Origin: an uncultured Thermoleophilia bacterium
GTDB lineage: Bacteria; Actinomycetota; Thermoleophilia; UBA2241
Reading direction: 5' to 3'
DNA length: 64,000 bases
Assembly: GCA_963702475.1 (NCBI GenBank)
Contig: CAVPCT010000004.1
Location: forward strand, 1 to 64,000
Shown: positions 20,953-29,345 of the stretch, in pieces
Position numbering within the stretch: position 1 is the first letter of the stretch
How the letters are laid out: every line of letters begins with the position of its first letter
Notes under the pieces: model-generated
What the model was told of the DNA's origin: nothing
The model's database searches: none
Seen by the model: only the letters and a program-made list of their open reading frames with translations
Made by a program: the position numbers and the translations under genes

Positions 20953-21834
20953 ATGGCGACCACGGGTGCGACACAGCTGCGACGGGACTTCTGGCGGCAG
21001 TTCACGGACGAGATGGCCGCGCACAGCAGCATCGGCTGCTCCCGCGTGTCGTCCGATGGATGGATGTGGCATGCGGCGGACCTCACGTTCGGCTACCTGT
21101 CCTCGCTGTTGAACGTCCGCCACGGGGAGATCGGCGTGCGCTACCGGCTCAACGAGGCCGGCGCGGACACGGCGTTCGCCTACCTGGAGTCGCATCGGCC
21201 CGCGATCGACGCCGCTTTCGACGTCCCGCCCACGTGGCGACCGGGCGAGAGCGGCTCCCACGTCATAGAGGTCATGCGAGCGGCGGACGTGCCGGCGCGC
21301 GCCGGCTGGGCCGAGTACACGCGGTGGCTGCGGGAGCAGCTGGAGGCCTTCCAGAGAGCGTTGTGGCCGTTCGCCGGGCGCGTCCCGCCGACTGGGGAGC
21401 GTCGGCTGTGGGACGAGCCCTCGTTCCTCCGCGAGCTGGCCACGTGGAACCCGAGCTCCCTGGCGCCGGCGACGGCCGTCCTCCGCTGGGCACGGGGGCG
21501 GGGGCAGGACATCCAGTGGGGTCGCGGGGGACAGACGGCCTCGTTCGCACCGGCCACGATGCACAGGGGCGTGGGGTACCAGCTGGCCGCCGTCCGGACG
21601 GACGGCAGCATCCGCCTGCTGTTCGCTCGCCTCAAGGACCTGCCCCCGTATACGGACCGCCGGCGCCGCCTGGAGATCATCGAGCACCTGAACGACGTAC
21701 CGCTCGTGCGTCTGCCCGCCGACGTCATCGACGCCCGTCCCTCCCTGCCGCTGGCCATGCTCGGTCACGCCGACACGTGTTCCGGCTTCATGGAGGTTCT
21801 CGACTGGTTCCGGGGCGACGTCAAGACCGCATAG
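20953..21834 (+). CDS. Hypothetical protein with N-terminal DUF4268-like domain
   Basis: QLRRDFWRQF...AFAYLESHRPAIDAAF..PTW pattern recalls DUF4268. A second domain starts at WDEPSFL. RBS GGGAG. Confidence 0.55.
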   Translation: MATTGATQLRRDFWRQFTDEMAAHSSIGCSRVSSDGWMWHAADLTFGYLSSLLNVRHGEIGVRYRLNEAGADTAFAYLESHRPAIDAAFDVPPTWRPGESGSHVIEVMRAADVPARAGWAEYTRWLREQLEAFQRALWPFAGRVPPTGERRLWDEPSFLRELATWNPSSLAPATAVLRWARGRGQDIQWGRGGQTASFAPATMHRGVGYQLAAVRTDGSIRLLFARLKDLPPYTDRRRRLEIIEHLNDVPLVRLPADVIDARPSLPLAMLGHADTCSGFMEVLDWFRGDVKTA

Positions 21835-21847
21835 CCGCGGCGGCCGT

Positions 21848-22825
21848 TCAGAGCGGCAGGCGCACCCCCGCTCCGCGCTCGAGCGCCCTCTCGTACAGGA
21901 CGCGGGCCGTCACCATGTCGTCAACGGCGATCCCCATGTTCATGGAGAAGATGCGTTCGTCGCCGCTCTCGCGTCCCGGCTTGGTGCCGGCGGCCAGTTC
22001 ACCGAGGTCGGCCGTGATGACCTCGGGCACCCCGCCGAAGTACACGCCGTGCTCCTTCGTGGCGAGCAGCTGTGCGACGTCGTCGGAGCAGAACCTGTCG
22101 CACTGGCGCATGGCGGCGCCCGTCCAGGCCGAGTCGTAGTCGAGCGACACCGCGAGGCCGCCCTCCTTGAGCATGCCGGCGTCGAGGTCGGGCTTCGGGT
22201 CGACAACGATGGGCACGGCCGTGACCACCACGTCGGCCGGCCGCACCGCGTCCGGGGCGGAGTCGCAGACGACGTAGCGGAGCCCCGGGAACAGTGCCGT
22301 CATGTCGGCGATGAAGCGCACGGTCGCCTCGGAGAAGAGGTCGTAGCAGCGCACCTCCGCCAGGGCGGGCATCTCCTCGACGAGAGCCATGAGGCTTGTC
22401 CGCGCCTGTACGCCGCAGCCCACGAACGCGGCCGACCGGCCACCGGGCTGGGCCAGGTACCGGGCCGAGATGCCGGCGCTCGCGCCGGTGCGCATGGCGG
22501 TGATCCAGCCGCAGTCCATCACGGCGATGGGAATGCCGGTCTCGCAGTCGTTCAGCACCAGCAGGCCGGTGATGTACGGCAGACCCTTGGCCGTGTTGGG
22601 CGGGTACCCGGAGACCCACTTGAGGCCCGCCACCTCCCGCTCCTGCACGTAGGCCGGCATGGCGTGGATGAAGCAGTCCGGACGGGTGTGGATACCCGGC
22701 TTGGGCGGCATCTCCGTACGCCCGCGCCCCTTGGCCGCGAACCCCTGGTCGAGCGCGTCCAGCACCTCCCGCATCGACATCTCCAGGCCCTCGACGTCCG
22801 CTCTGCTGAGGTAGATGAGTTCCAC
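21848..22825 (-). CDS. Ornithine cyclodeaminase / mu-crystallin family protein (paralog of 15608..16588)
   Basis: Same motifs as the paralog. GTG start with AAGGAGG RBS. Confidence 0.9.
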   Translation of the reverse strand: MELIYLSRADVEGLEMSMREVLDALDQGFAAKGRGRTEMPPKPGIHTRPDCFIHAMPAYVQEREVAGLKWVSGYPPNTAKGLPYITGLLVLNDCETGIPIAVMDCGWITAMRTGASAGISARYLAQPGGRSAAFVGCGVQARTSLMALVEEMPALAEVRCYDLFSEATVRFIADMTALFPGLRYVVCDSAPDAVRPADVVVTAVPIVVDPKPDLDAGMLKEGGLAVSLDYDSAWTGAAMRQCDRFCSDDVAQLLATKEHGVYFGGVPEVITADLGELAAGTKPGRESGDERIFSMNMGIAVDDMVTARVLYERALERGAGVRLPL

Positions 22826-23076
22826 GGCCGGCCTCCTTGTCGATCCCTGGGGGGACATCGTCGATGCACCGGACTCAGGCGCACGCCCGTCCAGCGCGCG
22901 ACCGCGTCGCCCCCGGACCTTACACAGGCCGGACCGCAACGCAACAGGGAGCCCGCCAACGGGGGCTCGGACGCCGCCGGGGCGGTGTTGCGTTTGAACG
23001 CGGTCTCTGTATGGTCGCTCCGCGGGAGTCCCGGGCGGGGGTCCCTACACGGTCACGTCACGGCGAGGAGACGATC

Positions 23077-24501
23077 ATGCTGCGAACGAGCGACCTCGGG
23101 TTCCGCGTGTTCACGGAGGCGCAGTGCAGGGAACTCCACTCGGCGGCCCTGGAGACGCTCGCGCGCGTGGGCGTCGAGGTCCACAGCGACAGGGCACTCG
23201 AGGTCGCGCGGCGCGCCGGCGCGTTCGTGCAGGGCAACCGCGTCAAGTTCCCGCCGGCGCTGGTGGAGAAGTGCATCCGCAGCGCCCCGTCGAGGGTGGT
23301 GCTCTGCGACCGGCGCGGCGAGAGGAAGCTCATGCTCGAAGGCGGGCGCTTCCACTTCGGCGCGGGCCCGACGGCGATCTACACGATCGACCCCTTCACC
23401 GGAGAGCGCCGCATACCCGGCGTCGAGGACACGCGGCGGGCGTCCCGGGTCATGGACGCGCTGCCGAACATCGACTTCCAGATGGACTTCGGCAGCATCG
23501 GCGATGTGGAGCCAGGCATCATGGACGTCCACGCCTTCGAGGCCATGCTGGAGAACTCCACGAAGCCGATCGTGCACTGGGCGTACACCACGCGGAACTG
23601 CCAGGCCATGATCGACATGGCGGCCGAGGTGGCGGGCGGGCTTGAGGCGCTGCGCGCGAACCCCACGTTCGCCATCTACGCCGAGCCGGTCAGCCCGCTG
23701 ATGCACGAGTCCGACGCGCTCGACGTGGCGATGCTCATGGCAGAGAACGGCCTGCCGGCCATCTACACGCCGGCGCCCCTGGGCGGAGCCACGGCGCCCG
23801 CCACCCTGGCGGGCATCATCGTCGTCTCGCTCTGCGAGTCGCTCAGCGGGCTGGTGCTCCACCAGACCGTCCGCGAGGGCGCTCCCTACGTCATGGGCGG
23901 CGTGATCACCATCCTCGACATGTCGGCGACACAGATCACCTACGGCTCGCCCGAGTTCATGCTGATGGCGGCCGGCCTCGCGGAGATGTCGCGCTTCTAC
24001 CAGATCCCCTCGTTCAGCACCGGCGGCTGCTCCGACGCCAAGGCCTGCGACGGCCAGCACGCCGCCGAGATCGCCCAGAACCTGCTGATGGCGGCCATGA
24101 GCGGCGGCAACCTCATCCACGACTGCGGCTACATGGAGTCGGGCAACTGCACCTCGCTGCAGGCCCTGGTCATCGCCGACGAGATCATCGGCCAGGTGAA
24201 GCGGCTGGTACGGGGGATCGAGGTGGACGAGGAGACGCTGGCCCTGGACGTGATCGCCGCGGTCGGCCCGGGCGGCGACTTCATGCGCCAGCCGCACACC
24301 AGGCGCCGGTACCGCAGCGAGTGGTTCTTCCCGACCCTGTTCAACCGGCGCCGGCATCAGGACTGGCAGAACGCAGGACGGCCCGATCTCGCCGCGAACG
24401 CCCAGGCGAAGCTGCTCGGCATCCTCGCGGACCATCACCCGCAGCCGCTCGACGCAGCGACACAGGCGGCAGTGCACGCGATCCTGGAGCGTCTGCAGTA
24501 G
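23077..24501 (+). CDS. MttB superfamily methyltransferase, non-Pyl (Cys at Pyl-equivalent site)
   Basis: EPVSPLMH, GGATAPATLAG, ILDMS, YGSPE, PSFSTGGCSDAK, GGNLIHDCGYMESG, VGPGGDF. Confidence 0.92.
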   Translation: MLRTSDLGFRVFTEAQCRELHSAALETLARVGVEVHSDRALEVARRAGAFVQGNRVKFPPALVEKCIRSAPSRVVLCDRRGERKLMLEGGRFHFGAGPTAIYTIDPFTGERRIPGVEDTRRASRVMDALPNIDFQMDFGSIGDVEPGIMDVHAFEAMLENSTKPIVHWAYTTRNCQAMIDMAAEVAGGLEALRANPTFAIYAEPVSPLMHESDALDVAMLMAENGLPAIYTPAPLGGATAPATLAGIIVVSLCESLSGLVLHQTVREGAPYVMGGVITILDMSATQITYGSPEFMLMAAGLAEMSRFYQIPSFSTGGCSDAKACDGQHAAEIAQNLLMAAMSGGNLIHDCGYMESGNCTSLQALVIADEIIGQVKRLVRGIEVDEETLALDVIAAVGPGGDFMRQPHTRRRYRSEWFFPTLFNRRRHQDWQNAGRPDLAANAQAKLLGILADHHPQPLDAATQAAVHAILERLQ

Positions 24502-24576
24502 GGAACGACGCGGGCGTGCGATAGTCTCTACTCCCAGCTTGGCGAGACGCGGCGCGCCGGAGCAGAAGGAGGCCCC

Positions 24577-25980
24577 ATGACAGAACCCGTCCGGAGCGCG
24601 CTCGACGAGCAGGCGTGCCGGCAGATCCACGAGGCCGCCCTCCGGCTGCTCGGCGACGTCGGCTGCGACGTGCTGGACGCGGAGGCGGCCGCCCTTCTGG
24701 CCGCGCACGGGGCCGACGTGTCCGGCTCACGGGTGCGGCTCGGGGAGCGGCTCGTCGAGGAGGCCCGGGCCACTGTCCCGCCCTCCTTCACCGTGGCGGG
24801 GCGGCGGCCGGAGCTCGACCTGCAGGTGGCCCTCGGCGCGCCGCCGGTGCTCGCGAGCGCCTCCGGCCCACCCTTCGTGCTCAGCGGGGACGAGTACCGG
24901 CCCGGCACACTCGAGGACCTGCGCACAGCGGTCGCGCTCGCGCACCTCTCGCCCAACATCCAGGTGCTCGGCTACAGCGTGGAGCCCACTGACGTGCCCG
25001 AGGAGTCGCGCCCCAGGGTCAGCGCCCACACCAACATCACCGGCAGCGACAAGGGCACACGCTTCACGGTCACGTCGCTCGGTGAGCTGCAGGTGGCCTG
25101 CGACGTGCAGGAGATCCTCTGGGGCGCCGACTGGCACGAGCGTCCGCGCATCTGGTCGGTCATCAATACGACCTCGCCCCTGCAGTTCTCGGCAGAGGGC
25201 GCGCAGGTACTCCTGCGTCTGGCGCGCCTCGGCCAGCCCGTGCTCGTCGCGGTGTGCGCCATGGGCGGGACTACCGCTCCCATCACCCTGGCCGGGCTCC
25301 TCACCGTCCAGCACGCCGAGTTGCTCGTCGGCCTCGTGCTGACGCAGCTGGCGCGCCCCGGCTGCCCGTTCCTGTACGGCGGCACGTCGTCGCTGTCGTC
25401 CATGCAGACCGGCGCGCTGATGATGGGCGCGCCGGAGTACTGGACGCTGATGGAGGCCACCGTGCAACTCGGCCACTGGCTGGGCGTGCCCGTGCGCGCC
25501 GGCGGCTGCGTCACCGACGCGCACGTGCCCGACGCACAGGCAGGCATCGAGTCCGCCCTGGCAATGGAGACAGTGATGCGTATGGGGGCGCAGTTCGTGT
25601 TGCACTCCGGCGGCATCCTCTCGTCCTTCAACTGCTACTCCCCGGTGAAGTTCTTGGTCGACGACGAGGTGCTCGGTGCGCTGCGCGTGGCAAAGCAGCC
25701 GATCGTCGTGGACGACGAGACGCTGGCCCTCGACGTGGTGGCCGCGGCAGGGCCCGGTGGAACGGTGCTCGGCCAGGCGCACACGCGCCGTCACGCCCGC
25801 GACGGCCGCCGCCCGTCCATCATGAACCGTCTTCCGTTCGAGACCTGGCGCGCCCAGGGGGCGGAGGATCTGACGACCATCGCCACGCGGCGCGTTTCGG
25901 AGCTGCTGGCGCAGTACGAGCCGCCCGACGACCTCGATCCGACGGTGCGGCGCCAGCTGGACGCCTACTGCCTCGTCTAG
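24577..25980 (+). CDS. MttB superfamily methyltransferase, non-Pyl, MtgB/MtcB (betaine-demethylating)-like
   Basis: INTTSPLQF, MGGTTAPITLAG, GALMMGAPE, PVRAGGCVTDAHVPDAQAGIES. The PxRxGG motif resembles glycine betaine MtgB-type enzymes. Confidence 0.88.
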   Translation: MTEPVRSALDEQACRQIHEAALRLLGDVGCDVLDAEAAALLAAHGADVSGSRVRLGERLVEEARATVPPSFTVAGRRPELDLQVALGAPPVLASASGPPFVLSGDEYRPGTLEDLRTAVALAHLSPNIQVLGYSVEPTDVPEESRPRVSAHTNITGSDKGTRFTVTSLGELQVACDVQEILWGADWHERPRIWSVINTTSPLQFSAEGAQVLLRLARLGQPVLVAVCAMGGTTAPITLAGLLTVQHAELLVGLVLTQLARPGCPFLYGGTSSLSSMQTGALMMGAPEYWTLMEATVQLGHWLGVPVRAGGCVTDAHVPDAQAGIESALAMETVMRMGAQFVLHSGGILSSFNCYSPVKFLVDDEVLGALRVAKQPIVVDDETLALDVVAAAGPGGTVLGQAHTRRHARDGRRPSIMNRLPFETWRAQGAEDLTTIATRRVSELLAQYEPPDDLDPTVRRQLDAYCLV

Positions 25981-26002
25981 GACCCGGCCCGGGACTGCGT
26001 AC

Positions 26003-27391
26003 ATGACCATGGTCCGACTGGCCGCGTGGGACGACGCCTCGTGCGCCCGCGCGCACGAGGCGACGCTCGCCGTCCTCGCCGACCCGGGCGTGGACGTGCG
26101 GCACGAAGAGGCGTGCGCGCTCCTGGAGAGGGCGGGCGCGAAGGTCGACGGCGTGCGCGTGCGCCTTGGCGCGGACCTCGTCGAGAGCGCGCTGGCCAGC
26201 GCGCCGCGCAGCTTTGCGATCAGGTCGCGCGGCGGTCGCGAGCCGCTCATCGTCGAGGACGGGCGCGTGTACTTCGGGACCGGAGGCGACTGCCTCTACA
26301 CGCACGACCTCGACACCGGCGAGCGGCGCCGCGCCAGACTGAGCGACGTGGCGGCGTTCGCGACGCTCTCGGAGACGCTCCCCGAGCTCGACTTCGTGAT
26401 GTCGATGGCCCTGCCGGAGGACGTCCCCGAAACGGCCATCGACGTCGTCGTCGTGGCCGAGATGCTGCGCGCCACGCGCAAACCCCTCATGGTCTGTGCC
26501 ACCTGCGCGCCCGAGACGCTCGCCACACTGCGAGAGATGGCGTCCCTCTGCGGAGACCCGGACTCCCTCATCGTGTACGCCATGCCCTCCCCGCCGCTCG
26601 TGCTCAGCGAGGGCGCCGTCGGGCGCGTCCTCACCTGTGCGGAGCTCGAGATCCCTGTGGTGTTCGCCTCGAGCTGCGCACCCGGCGTGTCCGCGCCCTG
26701 TTCGCGAGCCGGCATGGTCGTCACCGCGAACGCCGAGGTGCTGGCAGGGCTCGTGATCCACCAGCTGGCGCACCCCGGAGCGCCTTTCGTGATGGGGAGC
26801 CAGCACATCGGCGTCAACCTGCGCACGTCGGCGATGACCTACTGCAGCCCGGAGACCATGGCGCTGCAGCAGGCCAGCACCGAGCTCGGCCGGTCCTACG
26901 GGCTGCCGACCTTCACGTTCGGCGGCTGCAGCGACGCCAAGGCACTCGACGGCCAGTGGGCCCTGGAGGCGGCCATGACCCTGGCGCTCGCCGCCCTCAC
27001 CGGCAGCACCCTCGTGCACGACGTCGGCTACGTGGAGTCGTCGTTCCAGGGCTCGTTCGAATCGATCGTCCTGGGCGACGAGCTCATCGGCTACGTGCGC
27101 GCCTGCCTGACCGGCGTCGGTCTCGACGATCTGGATCTGGCCGTGGACGAGATCCGCGCCGCAGGGCCCGGCGGCAGCCACCTGGCGCGAGCCCACACGC
27201 GGGCGCAGCACCGGACGCTGTGGCAGCCCGCCGTCATCGACCAGTGGATGCACGATCACTGGGAGGCGAACGGCGCGTCCACGCTCGTGGAACGCCTGCG
27301 CGAGAGGGCGCGCGACCTGAGGTCACGGCCGCCGGCGTTCGAGCTCCCGGACGATGTCCTCACTGAGCTTGAGGCTCGCGCGCTGCGCTGA
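26003..27391 (+). CDS. MttB superfamily methyltransferase, non-Pyl (Cys at Pyl-equivalent site); close paralog of 16888..18300
   Basis: Shares VMSMALPEDVPETAIDV, APCSRAG and GYVESSFQGS with the 16888 gene. Confidence 0.88.
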   Translation: MTMVRLAAWDDASCARAHEATLAVLADPGVDVRHEEACALLERAGAKVDGVRVRLGADLVESALASAPRSFAIRSRGGREPLIVEDGRVYFGTGGDCLYTHDLDTGERRRARLSDVAAFATLSETLPELDFVMSMALPEDVPETAIDVVVVAEMLRATRKPLMVCATCAPETLATLREMASLCGDPDSLIVYAMPSPPLVLSEGAVGRVLTCAELEIPVVFASSCAPGVSAPCSRAGMVVTANAEVLAGLVIHQLAHPGAPFVMGSQHIGVNLRTSAMTYCSPETMALQQASTELGRSYGLPTFTFGGCSDAKALDGQWALEAAMTLALAALTGSTLVHDVGYVESSFQGSFESIVLGDELIGYVRACLTGVGLDDLDLAVDEIRAAGPGGSHLARAHTRAQHRTLWQPAVIDQWMHDHWEANGASTLVERLRERARDLRSRPPAFELPDDVLTELEARALR

Positions 27392-27412
27392 CCGCGGGCC
27401 CGGCGACGGATC

Positions 27413-28114
27413 TCAGCTTGCGGTGCGGCCCGCGCCGGCCCTGCGCAGCTCGTCCGCGAGCGAGCGCTGGAGCATCCTGGCGAACACCCGGTACGGGTTC
27501 GACAGGTCGATGGCTGGGTCGATCGCCCTCTGGATCGCGAGCCCGTCAATGACGGCACTCAGTACCTGCGACAGCCCGAGCAGGTCCGGGTCCGCCAGGG
27601 CCGCGGGGCCGTCGGTGAGTCCGAGCCACTCCAGCTTGACGCTCCAGTACCACCGGTAGAGCAGGGCGAGGCGCCGGCGCAGCAGCTCGTCCCGCAGCAC
27701 GTGCGGCAGGAGCTCGAAGAAGACCTGGAAGTCGAGCGCGGCGGTGTCCAGACGTCGCATCTCCTGGACCAGACACTCGAGACGATCGCCGGGGGCTACC
27801 CCTTTCATGCGGTCGAGCGAGTCCAGGTACTCGTCGTGGATCACCGAATCGACGACCGCAGCGATGAGGCCGGCCTTGTTGTCGAAGTAATAGGAGATCA
27901 TCGCCTTGTTCTCACCGGCCCGTTCGCTCACGGCGCTGAGGGTGAGGGCATTGAAGCCCTCTTCGGCGACGATGTCCTTGGCCGCGACCAGAAGCCTGCG
28001 AGCCGTCTCGGTCAGCGAGGAGAGCGGGTTCTCGAAGGCGAAGCTGAAGTGCTCGGCGGCGGCGTCGAGAGCGCGCGTGTCGTCCCCGCCGGGAGCCGTC
28101 GCTTCGGCCTTCAC
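27413..28114 (-). CDS. TetR/AcrR family transcriptional regulator
   Basis: RRLLVAAKDIVAEEGFNALTLSAVSERAGENKAMISYYFDNKAGL. Start is uncertain (GTG 28114 or up to 28180). Confidence 0.88.
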   Translation of the reverse strand: MKAEATAPGGDDTRALDAAAEHFSFAFENPLSSLTETARRLLVAAKDIVAEEGFNALTLSAVSERAGENKAMISYYFDNKAGLIAAVVDSVIHDEYLDSLDRMKGVAPGDRLECLVQEMRRLDTAALDFQVFFELLPHVLRDELLRRRLALLYRWYWSVKLEWLGLTDGPAALADPDLLGLSQVLSAVIDGLAIQRAIDPAIDLSNPYRVFARMLQRSLADELRRAGAGRTAS

Positions 28115-28163
28115 CAGTCCACCCTGCCCTTCTTCGGACGTCACGCACGCGACCGGCACGCGC

Positions 28164-28218
28164 TTGACAGCCTCGTACACCAGATGTCCAATGAGACGCT
28201 GATTGACCGGTCGATTAA
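28164..28218 (+). promoter_or_regulatory. Promoter (TTGACA 28164-28169, TCCAAT 28187-28192) and palindromic operator CTGATTGACCGGTCGATTAA (28199-28218)
   Basis: Lies in the divergent TetR/dehydrogenase intergenic region. The operator motif recurs at 1496 and 57995. Confidence 0.62.
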
Positions 28219-28260
28219 TCCGTAGACCCTATCACGCGTGCGAGTCGAGGAGGGCGAGAC

Positions 28261-29214
28261 ATGAGGATCGGATGCGTAGGCCTGGGCCACATCGGCTACC
28301 ACTTCGCGGCCAACCTGCTCGCCACCGGGCACGAGGTCATCGTGCACGACATCCGGCGCGAGGTAGCGGAGCCCCTTCTCGAGGCCGGCGCGGTGTGGGC
28401 CTCCACGCCGGCCGAGACCGCCGGGGCCTCGGACTCCGTCATCACGTGCCTGCCCTCCATCCAGGTGTCGGGCGAGGTCGTCGCCGGCGCCGACGGCCTG
28501 ATCCACGGCTTCGCCCCGGGCGGCACCTGGATCGAGATGAGCACCAACAGCCCCCAGGAGCTGGAGCGGCTCGCCGCCCTGCTCGCAGAACGCGGCGTCC
28601 ACACCCTTGAGGCCCCGGTCACCGGCGGCGTGCACAACGCCTCCTCGGGCACCATCACAGTGCTCGTCGGCGGCGAGGAGGACGTCTTCAAGCGCCACGA
28701 GCAGCTGTTCCGCGTGATCGGCAGCAAGGTGTTCTACGTCGGCTCCCTGGGCAAGGCCTCGAAGATCAAGGTCATCACCAACATGCTGGCGTTCATCCAC
28801 ATCGCGGCATCCGCCGAGGCTTTCATGCTTGCCAAGCGCAGCGACATCGATCTGCGCACCGCCTGGGAGATCATCAGGGCGAGCTCCGGGAACAGCTTCA
28901 TCCTGGAGACGGAGAGCACCACGATCCTGGGCGGCAGCTACGACGTCGGCTTCACGTTCGACCTGTGCCTCAAAGACATGCGTCTGGCCACGGCGATCGG
29001 CAAGGAGAAGGACGTGCCGCTGGACATCGCGAGCACCGTCGAGCAGCTCTTCGTGCGCGGCCGGGCGCAGTACGGCGGTCAGGCCGAGTACGCGATGGTC
29101 GCCAAGCTCCTCGAAGACGCGTGTCACACGGACCTGCGGGCGCCCGGGTTCCCCACGACGCTGGAGGAGTACCTCGAGACGATGCCGCGAGCGTCGCGGG
29201 ATGCCACGGACTGA
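28261..29214 (+). CDS. NAD(P)-dependent oxidoreductase, beta-hydroxyacid dehydrogenase family (paralog of 3864..4784)
   Basis: IGCVGLGHIG, EAPVTGG, KVITNML, SSGNSF, DLRAPGFP. Confidence 0.88.
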   Translation: MRIGCVGLGHIGYHFAANLLATGHEVIVHDIRREVAEPLLEAGAVWASTPAETAGASDSVITCLPSIQVSGEVVAGADGLIHGFAPGGTWIEMSTNSPQELERLAALLAERGVHTLEAPVTGGVHNASSGTITVLVGGEEDVFKRHEQLFRVIGSKVFYVGSLGKASKIKVITNMLAFIHIAASAEAFMLAKRSDIDLRTAWEIIRASSGNSFILETESTTILGGSYDVGFTFDLCLKDMRLATAIGKEKDVPLDIASTVEQLFVRGRAQYGGQAEYAMVAKLLEDACHTDLRAPGFPTTLEEYLETMPRASRDATD

Positions 29215-29320
29215 GCGACGGAAGAGGGCTCAGCGACGGGTGTTGCGCAGCGGCACCCGTCAGTGAGCGACGGAAGAGGGCTCAGCGACGGGTGTTGCGC
29301 AGCGGCACCCGTCAGTGAGC
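29212..29320. repeat. Exact 52-bp tandem duplication with internal hairpins (REP-like)
   Basis: TGAGCGACGGAAGAGGGCTCAGCGACGGGTGTTGCGCAGCGGCACCCGTCAG at 29212-29263 and 29264-29315, then a partial TGAGC. Stems TGAGC/GCTCA and GACGGGTG/CACCCGTC. Confidence 0.85.
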
Positions 29321-29345
29321 TGCGCGAGCGCAGCAGGGAGAACCT

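Noticed and set aside
29212-29320. CRISPR array
   Set aside because: Two abutting 52-bp units with no spacers and no cas genes.
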